The notes: generated by a model from the sequence alone, not told the origin. DNA of 64,000 nt from an uncultured Acidobacteriota bacterium (GCA_963733805.1 CAVTEO010000018.1:76898-140897), one strand, 5' to 3'. Shown: positions 8,592-17,763, counted from the first letter of the stretch. Numbers and translations are program-made.

Positions 8592-8709
8592 CCGCGGTAG
8601 TACTTTTCTACTATTACTCCTGAACCGCTCCGGAATTATCCTCGCTGGGATCATGAATTAGCGTTCGTCGCGGTTGTGGGCGCGACGGGCCTTCCAGGTT
8701 CGCTTCCTG

Positions 8710-11526
8710 ATGACATCTGTGCCGCGATCCTTTGGACAGCGAGTTCTCCTCGCGCTGGTCGCCTTGCTGACCGCTTCGGCGATCTACCTCTACGCTTTTC
8801 CTCAGCAGAACGTCTTCTACGCCGTGATCGTGCTGCTGCATCTTGCGATCGGCGTGGTGGCCACGATCGTGCTCCTGCCCATGCTGAGAAGGCTGCTGCG
8901 CGAGGGAACGTGGTTGTCCGCAACCGGATGGGCATTGTTCCTGGTGGGCGCAGGCATCGGGTTCTGGCTGGTGCATACCGGGACGATCCGCTCGGAATGG
9001 AAGTGGATGTATGCGCACATGGTCGTGTGCGCAGGGGCTCTCGGCTTTTTGATTACCGAGGCCTGGGCAGGGCGCACAGGGTCAAAGGCGTTCGGGGGAT
9101 CGGCTATCGTCGGTTTGGCCGCCTGTCTGCTAATCATCGCCGGGCTGGGCGCCGGCATGCGCTATTTGCGCGAGGCGCGCTGGGCGAACCACGCGCGCAT
9201 CGAAAATCCGGCCATGCCCCCCGTCGACATGGCGGAGGAAGGAGATGGACCGCAGGGTCCATTTTTCCCCAGTTCGGCGCAGGTGTACGGGCACAAGAAA
9301 ATCCCCAGCAAGTTCTTCATGGAGTCGGATTCCTGCAAGCGCTGCCACGAAGATATCTATAACCAGTGGTACAGCTCGGCACACCATTTCTCGTCGTTCA
9401 ACAACCAGTGGTACCGCAAGTCGGTCGAGTACATGCAGGACACCATCGGCACCAAGCCCTCCAAGTGGTGTGGCGGATGCCACGATCCAGCGGTGCTGTA
9501 TGCGGGCCTGATGGATACGCCCATCAAGCAGATCGTGCACACGCCGCCCGCGCAGGCGGGGCTGGGCTGCATGATGTGCCACTCCATTGCCGCCGTGAAG
9601 TCGACCATGGGGCAGGGAGATTTCTATCTGGAGTATCCGGAACTACACGAACTGGCGGCCAGCAAGAACCCGGTCATTCGCTACATGCACGACTTTCTGG
9701 TGAAGCTGAATCCGGAGCCACACCGGCGGGCGTTCCTGAAGCCATTCATGCGGGCGCAGACGGCGGAATTCTGCTCGTCGTGCCACAAGGTGCATCTCGA
9801 TGTTCCGGTGAATCATTACCGCTGGATTCGCGGCTTCAACGAGTACGACAACTGGCAGGCGAGTGGAGTCTCCGGACAGGGTGCGCGTTCTTTCTACTAT
9901 CCGAAACAAGCGCAACAGTGTGCGGATTGCCACATGCCGCTGGAGCGCTCGGCCGACATGGGCAACATCGGCGGCAAGGTGCACTCGCACCGCTTCCCGG
10001 CGGCGAACACCGCCTTGCCGGTGGCGAACGAGGACGCAGCCCAGTTGAAGGTCACCGAAGATTTCCTGAAGTCAGGAATTCTGAGCGTGGATATCTTCGC
10101 GCTCTCGCCCGCGCAGGCGGTGAGCAAAGCGGCGACGGCCGGCGAGAACGAGATCGCGACCACGTTCGCGGTGGGCGAAGAAGCTGAAGTGAAAGCCGCT
10201 CCCGGCAGCGCCGGCGGGGAAGCTTCGCCGGTTACGGCTCCGCTGAATCGTGTGCAGCCCGCAGTACGGCGCGGCGATACCGTGCGGGTCGACGTGGTCG
10301 TGCGCACGAAAAAGATCGGGCACTTTTTCCCGGGCGGAACGGTGGACGCCTACGACACCTGGCTTGAACTCAAGGGCACCGACGACAAGGGACAGACCAT
10401 TTTCTGGAGCGGGATGGCCGAAGATGGCGGCAGGGGGCCAGTCGAGAAGGGCGCGCACTTCTATCGTTCGCTGCAGATCGACGAACACGGCAATCCGATC
10501 AACAAGCGCAATGCCTGGGCGACGCGCGCCGTCGTCTACGTGCGCCTGATTCCGCCGGGCGCCGCTGATACGGTGCACTACCGCGTGAAGATCCCCGAGA
10601 ATGCCGGAAACAAGATCACGCTGCACGCCCGGCTGTGCTACCGGAAGTTTGCCTGGTGGAGCACCCAGTTTTCCTTCGCAGGGCAGCCGGATGCGGCACA
10701 CCCGGACAGTGTGACCCCCAGCTACGACGACCGTACGTTCAGCTTCGGTGCGCTGATCGAAGGGGTGTCGGCAAAGAAGCAGGCCGTGCCGGATGTGCCG
10801 ATCGTCGCGCTCGCGGAGGATGAGGTCACGTTGCCCGTGGCGGCGAAGGGTGCGGCTCCGTTTGCGCCGAAGGTCGATCTCAAGCCGGAGGATTGGCAGC
10901 GCTGGAACGACTACGGCATTGGTCTGCTCCTGCAGGGTGATCTGAAATCCGCGCAGGCAGCGTTCCTCAAGGTCACCGAGATTGATGCGAAGAATCCGGA
11001 TGGCTGGGTGAACCTGGGCCGCGCCGCGGTGCAGGAAGGCGACATGGACGCGGCGCGCCCGGTGCTGGAGAAGGCTCTCCAGATCAGTCCGGACCTGGCG
11101 CGGGCACATTATTTTTACGCGCGCGTATTGCGGGCGGACGGCAAGTACGAGGATGCCGCGAATCATTTGCGCAAGGTGCTGGTGCAGTATCCACGGGACC
11201 GGGTTGCCCTGAACGATCTGGGACGCATTCTGTTTCTTGAGCGGAAGTACGACGAGGCGGTGAAGACGCTCGAGTCTGTGCTCACCATCGATCCCGAAGA
11301 TTTGCAGGCTCATTACAACCTCATGCTCTGCTACAACGGGCTGGGCAACGAGAAGATGGCCAAGGAGCATGAGGGGCGCTATCTGCGCTTCAAGGCGGAT
11401 GAGGCGTCGCAGACCATCACGGGCAGATATCGCCAGCTTCATCCGGAAGACAATAATGAGCGGCAGACGATTCACGAGCACGTATCGGTTGCTTTGAACG
11501 ACCTGAAAAAGAGCGTGAAGACGTGA
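8710..11526 (+). CDS. membrane-anchored multiheme (5x CxxCH) c-type cytochrome with C-terminal TPR repeats
   Basis: ORF 8674..11526, start at ATG 8710. About 5 hydrophobic helices in the first 160 aa. Heme motifs CKRCH (nt 9334), CGGCH, CMMCH, CSSCH, CADCH. TPR-like repeats in the last ~230 aa. Confidence 0.8.
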   Translation: MTSVPRSFGQRVLLALVALLTASAIYLYAFPQQNVFYAVIVLLHLAIGVVATIVLLPMLRRLLREGTWLSATGWALFLVGAGIGFWLVHTGTIRSEWKWMYAHMVVCAGALGFLITEAWAGRTGSKAFGGSAIVGLAACLLIIAGLGAGMRYLREARWANHARIENPAMPPVDMAEEGDGPQGPFFPSSAQVYGHKKIPSKFFMESDSCKRCHEDIYNQWYSSAHHFSSFNNQWYRKSVEYMQDTIGTKPSKWCGGCHDPAVLYAGLMDTPIKQIVHTPPAQAGLGCMMCHSIAAVKSTMGQGDFYLEYPELHELAASKNPVIRYMHDFLVKLNPEPHRRAFLKPFMRAQTAEFCSSCHKVHLDVPVNHYRWIRGFNEYDNWQASGVSGQGARSFYYPKQAQQCADCHMPLERSADMGNIGGKVHSHRFPAANTALPVANEDAAQLKVTEDFLKSGILSVDIFALSPAQAVSKAATAGENEIATTFAVGEEAEVKAAPGSAGGEASPVTAPLNRVQPAVRRGDTVRVDVVVRTKKIGHFFPGGTVDAYDTWLELKGTDDKGQTIFWSGMAEDGGRGPVEKGAHFYRSLQIDEHGNPINKRNAWATRAVVYVRLIPPGAADTVHYRVKIPENAGNKITLHARLCYRKFAWWSTQFSFAGQPDAAHPDSVTPSYDDRTFSFGALIEGVSAKKQAVPDVPIVALAEDEVTLPVAAKGAAPFAPKVDLKPEDWQRWNDYGIGLLLQGDLKSAQAAFLKVTEIDAKNPDGWVNLGRAAVQEGDMDAARPVLEKALQISPDLARAHYFYARVLRADGKYEDAANHLRKVLVQYPRDRVALNDLGRILFLERKYDEAVKTLESVLTIDPEDLQAHYNLMLCYNGLGNEKMAKEHEGRYLRFKADEASQTITGRYRQLHPEDNNERQTIHEHVSVALNDLKKSVKT

Positions 11527-11587
11527 TACGCGCCGGAAAGCTCAATGCCGGCCGATCCTCGGGCGGTTCCCGTTAAACCTGGTTTCC

Positions 11588-13312
11588 ATGAACAAACTTC
11601 ATTCAGTCGTTCTTGCTCTGGTAGCCTTCGTTCTCCCCCCCGCCGTCGCGCAGACCGTGCAGTTCCGCGACGTCACAGTTCAGGCCGGAATACACTTCGT
11701 TCACAACAACGCGGCCTTCGGCAAAAAGTGGTTGCCGGAAACCTTGGGGGCGGGCGCAGCGTTTATTGACTACGACGATGACGGGTACCCCGACATCGTA
11801 CTGGTAAACGGGGAAGACTGGCCGGGCCACGCCAAGGCGCCCTCTACGCTGAAGCTCTATCACAACAACCACGATGGCACGTTCACCGATGTCACGCGCA
11901 AAGCCGGGCTGGCGGTTTCCATGTTCGGGATGGGCGTGGCGGTTGGTGACTACGACAATGATGGACACGAAGATCTGTTTATCACCGCGCTTGGCCAGAG
12001 CCGCCTGTTTCACAACAACGGTAATGGAACTTTCACTGATGTGACCAAGACCGCGGGCCTGTGGGGCCCGAACGAGCTTTCCACCAGCGCGGCGTGGGTG
12101 GATTACGACCGGGACGGCAAGCTGGACCTGGTGGTCGCGAACTACGTCCAGTGGACGCAGCAAACCGACATCTATTGCACACTCGACGGCGCGCACAAGT
12201 CGTATTGCACGCCGGAATCCTATAAGGGCGTCTCGGCGTGGGTGTGGCACAACCTGGGCGGCGGAAAGTTTGAAGACGCCACCCAGAAATCCGGACTCAG
12301 CGATCCAACTTCGAAGAGCCTGGGGGTGGCGATTCTTGACTACAACGGCGACGGCTGGCCCGACATCCTGCTGGCCAACGACACACAGCCCAACAAGCTC
12401 TACCTGAACAAGCAGAACGGGACGTTTGAAGAGAAAGCCGTGTCGGCGGGGATCGCCTTCAGTGAAGATGGCGTGGCGCGCGCCGGCATGGGCGTGGACA
12501 CCGGCGATTACGATCGCTCCGGGCGTCCCAGCCTGATGATCACCAACTTCGCAAACCAGATGATCTCGCTCTATCACAATGAAGGCAACGGCCTGTTCGT
12601 GGACGAAGCGCCGCGCTCGGAGGTCGGCCGCAACACGCTGGTGACGCTCGGATTCGGCTGCTTCTTTTTCGACTACGACAATGATGGTTGGCCCGACATC
12701 TTCGTGGCCGACGGGCACATCGAAAATGAAATCGAGCGCGTGCAGAAGCGCGTATCGTACGCCGAGCCGCCGCACTTGTTCCGCAATCTGGGCGGCGGGA
12801 AATTCCAGGAAGTGACGGTGCAGATGGGCGCGGCCTTCGCGAGTCCGAAGGTTGGGCGCGGCGCGGCCTATGCCGACATCGACAATGATGGAGCGCTTGA
12901 CGTGCTGGTCACGACCAACGGTGGGCGGCCCTGGCTCTTCCACAACGAAGGGCAGGCCAATCACAGCCTGCGCATCAAGCTGGTGGGGACGAAATCGAAT
13001 CGCGATGGGATCGGCGCGGTCGTACGTGTGACCTCGGGCGGCGCGAAGCAGTGGCAGATGCTGCGCAGCGGCTCGAGTTATCTTTCGCAGAGCGAACTTG
13101 TGCTGACGTTTGGGTTGGGTAGTGCGGGGAAAGCCGACGCGGTTGAGATTCAGTGGCCGAGCGGGCAGGTGGAGAAGCTTTCCGGGGTAGCGGGCGATCA
13201 GACGGTGACTGTCGAGGAAGGCAAAGGGGTGGTGGGGAGTCGTGCGTATGGGAAGCCGCGTAAGGCCGATCCAAAAGCAAGCGCAGGTGCGAAAGCTTCG
13301 AGTCTTCCTTAA
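11588..13312 (+). CDS. secreted FG-GAP/VCBS-repeat + UnbV/ASPIC protein (CRTAC1-like family)
   Basis: 574-aa ORF with signal peptide. Repeated blades (FIDYDDDGYPDIVLVNG, VGDYDNDGHEDLFIT, WVDYDRDGKLDLVV, ILDYNGDGWPDILL). UnbV_ASPIC-type end (NRDGIGAVVRV...GSSYLSQSELVLTFGLG). Confidence 0.85.
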   Translation: MNKLHSVVLALVAFVLPPAVAQTVQFRDVTVQAGIHFVHNNAAFGKKWLPETLGAGAAFIDYDDDGYPDIVLVNGEDWPGHAKAPSTLKLYHNNHDGTFTDVTRKAGLAVSMFGMGVAVGDYDNDGHEDLFITALGQSRLFHNNGNGTFTDVTKTAGLWGPNELSTSAAWVDYDRDGKLDLVVANYVQWTQQTDIYCTLDGAHKSYCTPESYKGVSAWVWHNLGGGKFEDATQKSGLSDPTSKSLGVAILDYNGDGWPDILLANDTQPNKLYLNKQNGTFEEKAVSAGIAFSEDGVARAGMGVDTGDYDRSGRPSLMITNFANQMISLYHNEGNGLFVDEAPRSEVGRNTLVTLGFGCFFFDYDNDGWPDIFVADGHIENEIERVQKRVSYAEPPHLFRNLGGGKFQEVTVQMGAAFASPKVGRGAAYADIDNDGALDVLVTTNGGRPWLFHNEGQANHSLRIKLVGTKSNRDGIGAVVRVTSGGAKQWQMLRSGSSYLSQSELVLTFGLGSAGKADAVEIQWPSGQVEKLSGVAGDQTVTVEEGKGVVGSRAYGKPRKADPKASAGAKASSLP

Positions 13313-13406
13313 AGTCAGTGGACGGGCGGGCGTCGCGCACCCGACGCGCTGGGACTCATTAGAATGCGCTCGGGTAGGGTGCCGGTGGCCCAGCCGAACC
13401 CAAGCC

Positions 13407-13607
13407 GACCTCAGGGGCTAAAGCGCTTCTGTTGGCGAAACAATCGGCACGGCTGAAGCCGTGCCCTTTCAAAGCAACAGATCTGTCGGAGCTTTCCCGC
13501 AGCCTGTAAAAGCGGGCCCTTCCCGGGAATTTAGAAGGTTTGGGGAAGGGCTCGACTTGAGTCGGGCCGAACGCCACGAGATGAAGGGCGCTTCAGCCGC
13601 TGAGGTT
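13407..13607. repeat. MITE-like element: ~23-nt imperfect terminal inverted repeats around an internal 8-bp/tetraloop hairpin
   Basis: Left arm gacctcaggggctaaagcgcttc (13407-13429) versus right arm gaagggcgcttcagccgctgaggtt (13583-13607), which are near-reverse-complements. Internal hairpin ggcacggc-tgaa-gccgtgcc at 13446-13465. Confidence 0.5.
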
Positions 13608-13924
13608 GGCTTTTTGTGTGGGATCGGACGCCGGCGCACTTCAGATTTCTGCGAACTGCACCTTGAATCCCGTGCGCCGAGTTGCGGTAGGATGGACGGC
13701 GCGATCGCCAGCGCCGCAGAAGCTCACGGCGACGCGTGTGCGTATGAGACTGAGAGTCTGGATCTGGACATTTGGAATGGCCTTCGTCGGGTATGCGCTC
13801 GGAGGCAGGGGCGCTTCCGCCAGCCCGGCCAGAGAAACAATAGGCGCGATCCTCGGAGCGATTGTCGGGTTCTGCGTGGGCTGGGGACTACAACGTCTTC
13901 TCGAACTGGGCCGCCGGCGCTGAC

Positions 13925-16900
13925 ATGTCTCGCAAGCGCCGCAAGAAATCCGGAGTTCCATCACACATCATGAAATGGTTCCGTGTTGCGTTGCTCGCTG
14001 TCCTCGTCCTGCTGGCGGCTGGATTTTTCGCGGCCGCACCTCATCGTGCCGCCGATGCCGACGCTGCTGCCAAAGCAGCCGAAGCCGCTCGCCTGAATAA
14101 CATCGGCGTCGCCTACATGAACCAGCAGCTTTTCGAGAAGGCGTTGAAGCAGTTCGAGGCGGCCGCCGCGCAGGATCCGAAACTTCTGATCGCGAAATTG
14201 AATCGCGCCGTTGCGCTGCTCAATCTCCAGAAAGTCGACGACGCCAAGGCGATCCTGGAGGAAGTCACCAAGCAGGATCCCAAGGACGCGCACGCCTGGT
14301 ACAACCTCGGCCTGCTTTCGAAGAACACGAACGAAACGGATGCGGCCATCGCCGCGTTCAAGCACGTCACCGAAATCGACCCCAACGACGCCGACACCTG
14401 GTACTTCCTGGGCACGGCGTACGCGCAGGCCAAGCAGTATCCGCAGGCGATTGCCGCGTTCGAGCACGCACTCAAGCTGAATCCGCTGCACGCCTCGGCC
14501 GAGTTCGGCATCTCGCGCGCCTACCAGCAGTCGGGCAACACCGATACCTCGCGCGAGCATTTGAAGAAGTTTCAGTACATCAAGGACAACAAGCTCGGGT
14601 CACCCATGAGCCTGTCGTATGGAGAGCAGGGGCAGTACTCGCGCGCGGAGGAATCGGCGGGCGTGGTGGAGAAGGTGCCGGCGCAGATTGCGGTGAAGTT
14701 TTTGGATGTGACGAAGGAGGCGGGACTGGTGGGAAAAGGTACGCCCACCTCTCCGAAGTTCTTGAGCGATTTTCTTGGAGCGGGTGCCTGCTTCCTCGAC
14801 TACGACGCTGACGGGCGCATCGACTTGTTTGTCGCAGACGGTGGGCCGGGTGGAGGGATGGCGCTCTATCACAATCTCGGCGACGGCAAGTTCGAAGATG
14901 CGACGAAGAAGGCGGGGCTAGATGCGACATTGCACGGCATCGGCTGCACGGCAGGGGACTATGACAATGACGGGGCCGAGGACTTTGTCATCGGATTTGA
15001 AGGCCACGTAACAGTCCAGCACAACGAGAAGAATGGAACATTTCACGATGCCACTGATAAGACGGGTATCAACAGCGAAGGGCTCAACCTTGGGCTGACC
15101 TTTGTCGACTACGATCACGATGGTGACCTTGACCTCTACATAACAAGAACCAAGTTCATAAAGCCTCCCTCCCCGGGATCAACTGCAGAACGTCAGTATT
15201 GGAAATACGATTTGGTTCCTGACCCGAAGTTCGGCAATGCAATGTGGCGCAACAATGGTGATGGAACATTTACAGACGTAACTGATCCAACGGGATTAGC
15301 GGGCATTCCGATTGATACGGCGGCAGTCGGAACTGACTATAACAATGATCGTGCGGTTGATCTCGTCGTGGCTGGTAGTGGCACACAAATATCCGAGTTA
15401 TCTGGCGCCTCCGCAATCTATGTCAACCCAAGAGAAGGCAAGTTCCACCCTTCCGACCCACCTCTTGGCCTGACCGGCGGAAGCACGGGAGTAGCCATAC
15501 TCGACTTCGATCATGACAGATGGATGGATATCTCCTTCACATCTCCTGTGGTTCCGGCGGAACTGACACTCTGGCGTAACCAGCAGGGAAAGGGGTTTCA
15601 ACAGGTTTCCCTGCCATCGACCAACTGGAACCGCGCCTTCGGCGTCGCTGCCTTCGACTACGACAACGACGGCTGGGTCGACGTAGTCGCCGTAGGCGAA
15701 ACCAAAGACGGCAAGGGCGAAGTCCGCCTCTTCCGCAACCTAGGCCCGGACGGCTTCACAGACGTCACCGCCGATGTCGGCCTCGACAAGATTCAATTGA
15801 AAGATCCTCGAGCCATCATCAGCGGTGATTACGATAACGATGGTGCCGTCGATCTGCTGATCACGCAGAATCACGGACCGGCAGTGCTGCTGCGCAATGA
15901 GGGCGGCAACAAGAACAACTGGCTGCGCTTGAACCTGAACGGGCTTAACGACAACAAGTCGGCGATCGGCACCAAGGTCGAAGTGTTCGCGGGCGCGAAC
16001 CGGCAGAAGTTTGAGATTTACGGATCGTCGGGATATCTCGGGCAGAATTCTCCTTACTTGACCATCGGCCTCGGGCAGGCCAAGCAGGCCGACGTGGTGC
16101 GCATGCTGTGGCCCACGGGCGTGCTGCAGGATGAGATCGAAGTCGCAGGTAATCGCGAGGTGCCGTATCTCGAACTGGATCGGCGCGGGAGTTCCTGTCC
16201 GACTTTGTTTGTCTGGGACGGACACCACTACGAACTCGTCGGTGACATGATTGGCGCGGGCGTGGTCGGCCACTGGGTCGGGCCGAACGAGCGCAACGTG
16301 CCGCGTCCGGCGGAATACATCAAGGTCGATCGCAACGCGATTCACGAGAAAGACGGCAAGCTCAGTTTCCGTCTGATGGAACCGATGGAAGAAGCGGTCT
16401 ATCTCGACGAAGTGAAGTTGCTGGCCGTCGATCATCCTGCCGCGTTCGATGTGTTTCCGAATGAATTCTTCGCGAGCAATCCGCCGTTCCCGCCCTTCCG
16501 CGTGATTCAAAGCCAGGGCGCGCAACCGCCCACGGCGGCGCGCGACGAACATGGGCACGACCTGATGCCGTCGCTGGCCGCGCACAAGTACTTCGGCGAT
16601 TTCGAGCTGCTGCCCTTCCACGGATTCACCAAGCCGCATACGCTCGAACTCGATCTGGGCGAGCCTTATCGCGGCGGGCCGCTCGTGCTACTGATGCACG
16701 GCGTCACGGAGTACTTCACGGCAACCAGCGTGTACGCGGCGCACCAGGCGAAAGTCGAAGCGATTGCCCCTTACGTTGAAGCGCTCAACTCGCAGGGCAA
16801 GTGGGTTCGCGTCGTCGATGACATGGGATTCCCGGCGGGCGGGCCGCGCACGATCACGCCCGAACTCACGGGCAAACTGCCGCTGGGCACGACCAAGATT

Positions 16901-17473
16901 CGCATCACGACCAACCTGCAGGTCTACTGGGACAGCATCCTCATCGACCGCAGTGCGCAGAACGGCAAAGTGCAACTCACGGCGATTCCGCTCGCGACTG
17001 CCAACCTAAACTTCTACGGACACCCGCGCCAGACCGAAGGCGAGCCCCGTGGCAACGTGAAGTATGTGTACGAGGAGGTCAGCCCTACAGGCCCGTTCGC
17101 GCGGCAGGCAGGCGATTACACGCGCTACGGCGGCGTGTTGCCGCTGCTGACGTCGTTCGATGACCGCATGGTCGTGTTCGGAACGGGCGACGAAATCGCT
17201 CTGGAGTTTGACCCAGCGAAGCTTCCGCCCCTACCCGCCGGATGGACGCGCGACTACTTCTTCCTCGTGAAGGGCTACGAGAAGGACATGGATTTCTACG
17301 CGGCCGATGGGTTCACGGTTGGCCCGCTGCCGTTCAAGACGATGAAGGGATATCCGTATAAGGAGTCGTATCCGCTGGACCCGGAACACATGAATTATCT
17401 GCTCGAGTACAACACGCGGCATGTTTCGGGGAATGAGGAAAGCGGGTACTCGTATCGATACCCTAGTCGCTAG
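13925..17473 (+). CDS. large secreted TPR + FG-GAP/VCBS + UnbV/ASPIC protein with ~440-aa C-terminal extension of unknown fold
   Basis: ORF 13862..17473. Plausible starts are ATG 13925 or ATG 13970 (MKWFRVALLAVLVLLAAGFFAAAP signal). N-terminal TPRs, multiple DYDxDG blades, GSSGYLGQNSPYLTIGLG UnbV motif. Confidence 0.85.
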   Translation: MSRKRRKKSGVPSHIMKWFRVALLAVLVLLAAGFFAAAPHRAADADAAAKAAEAARLNNIGVAYMNQQLFEKALKQFEAAAAQDPKLLIAKLNRAVALLNLQKVDDAKAILEEVTKQDPKDAHAWYNLGLLSKNTNETDAAIAAFKHVTEIDPNDADTWYFLGTAYAQAKQYPQAIAAFEHALKLNPLHASAEFGISRAYQQSGNTDTSREHLKKFQYIKDNKLGSPMSLSYGEQGQYSRAEESAGVVEKVPAQIAVKFLDVTKEAGLVGKGTPTSPKFLSDFLGAGACFLDYDADGRIDLFVADGGPGGGMALYHNLGDGKFEDATKKAGLDATLHGIGCTAGDYDNDGAEDFVIGFEGHVTVQHNEKNGTFHDATDKTGINSEGLNLGLTFVDYDHDGDLDLYITRTKFIKPPSPGSTAERQYWKYDLVPDPKFGNAMWRNNGDGTFTDVTDPTGLAGIPIDTAAVGTDYNNDRAVDLVVAGSGTQISELSGASAIYVNPREGKFHPSDPPLGLTGGSTGVAILDFDHDRWMDISFTSPVVPAELTLWRNQQGKGFQQVSLPSTNWNRAFGVAAFDYDNDGWVDVVAVGETKDGKGEVRLFRNLGPDGFTDVTADVGLDKIQLKDPRAIISGDYDNDGAVDLLITQNHGPAVLLRNEGGNKNNWLRLNLNGLNDNKSAIGTKVEVFAGANRQKFEIYGSSGYLGQNSPYLTIGLGQAKQADVVRMLWPTGVLQDEIEVAGNREVPYLELDRRGSSCPTLFVWDGHHYELVGDMIGAGVVGHWVGPNERNVPRPAEYIKVDRNAIHEKDGKLSFRLMEPMEEAVYLDEVKLLAVDHPAAFDVFPNEFFASNPPFPPFRVIQSQGAQPPTAARDEHGHDLMPSLAAHKYFGDFELLPFHGFTKPHTLELDLGEPYRGGPLVLLMHGVTEYFTATSVYAAHQAKVEAIAPYVEALNSQGKWVRVVDDMGFPAGGPRTITPELTGKLPLGTTKIRITTNLQVYWDSILIDRSAQNGKVQLTAIPLATANLNFYGHPRQTEGEPRGNVKYVYEEVSPTGPFARQAGDYTRYGGVLPLLTSFDDRMVVFGTGDEIALEFDPAKLPPLPAGWTRDYFFLVKGYEKDMDFYAADGFTVGPLPFKTMKGYPYKESYPLDPEHMNYLLEYNTRHVSGNEESGYSYRYPSR

Positions 17474-17532
17474 TCGTCAGTCACTAGTCGCTGGCCAAAC
17501 TTGGTCGTCGGTCTCTGGTCGTCGGTCGTCGG
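17461..17532 (+). repeat. heptanucleotide tandem arrays spanning the stop codon (TAGTCGY x4, then TCGTCGG-type x4)
   Basis: ccc TAGTCGC TAGTCGT CAGTCAC TAGTCGC ... TCGTCGG TCTCTGG TCGTCGG TCGTCGG. The stop codon is the TAG at 17471-17473. The 22-mer ccctagtcgctagtcgtcagtc recurs at 56454-56475. Confidence 0.85.
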
Positions 17533-17763
17533 CACAACACAAGTCAGAGAGTTTAGAGACTACGTTGTCATGGTCAGAGTGATCGTCTCTGTGGGCGCGA
17601 TTTTGAACCTTCGAAGCTGATTCACGAAGTTATCCAATGCAGCTGCTTCAATTGGAATTCGCAGGGCTGCGGACTGAAGCTCGCCAAACGCGCTGCAGTC
17701 CTGAGTTCGAATTTTCACATCAACGGCGGCATGAGCGACCGCGTCGAGACAGCTAAAAACTCA

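Noticed and set aside
13359-13973. ORFs 13359..13577 (-), 13461..13973 (+), 13606..13923 (+) and 13641..13964 (-) in the long gap
   Set aside because: They overlap the MITE-like element and each other. They have no motifs or ribosome-binding sites and look like repeat translations.
10072-16639. Long minus-strand ORFs 10072..11481, 11603..12964 and 15740..16639
   Set aside because: They are antisense shadows of the cytochrome-TPR and FG-GAP genes. Their composition is Arg/His/Val-rich and low in complexity, and no motifs are present.
17461-17532. Considered whether the short tandem arrays (here and at about 10 other loci) are CRISPR arrays
   Set aside because: The units are 7 nt with no unique spacers, the arrays are under 75 nt, and there are no cas genes. 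They are not CRISPR.
17703-17712. GAGTTCGAAT, resembling a tRNA T-loop
   Set aside because: The flanks provide no complementary T-stem, acceptor stem or anticodon arm. I found no tRNA or rRNA anywhere in the window.
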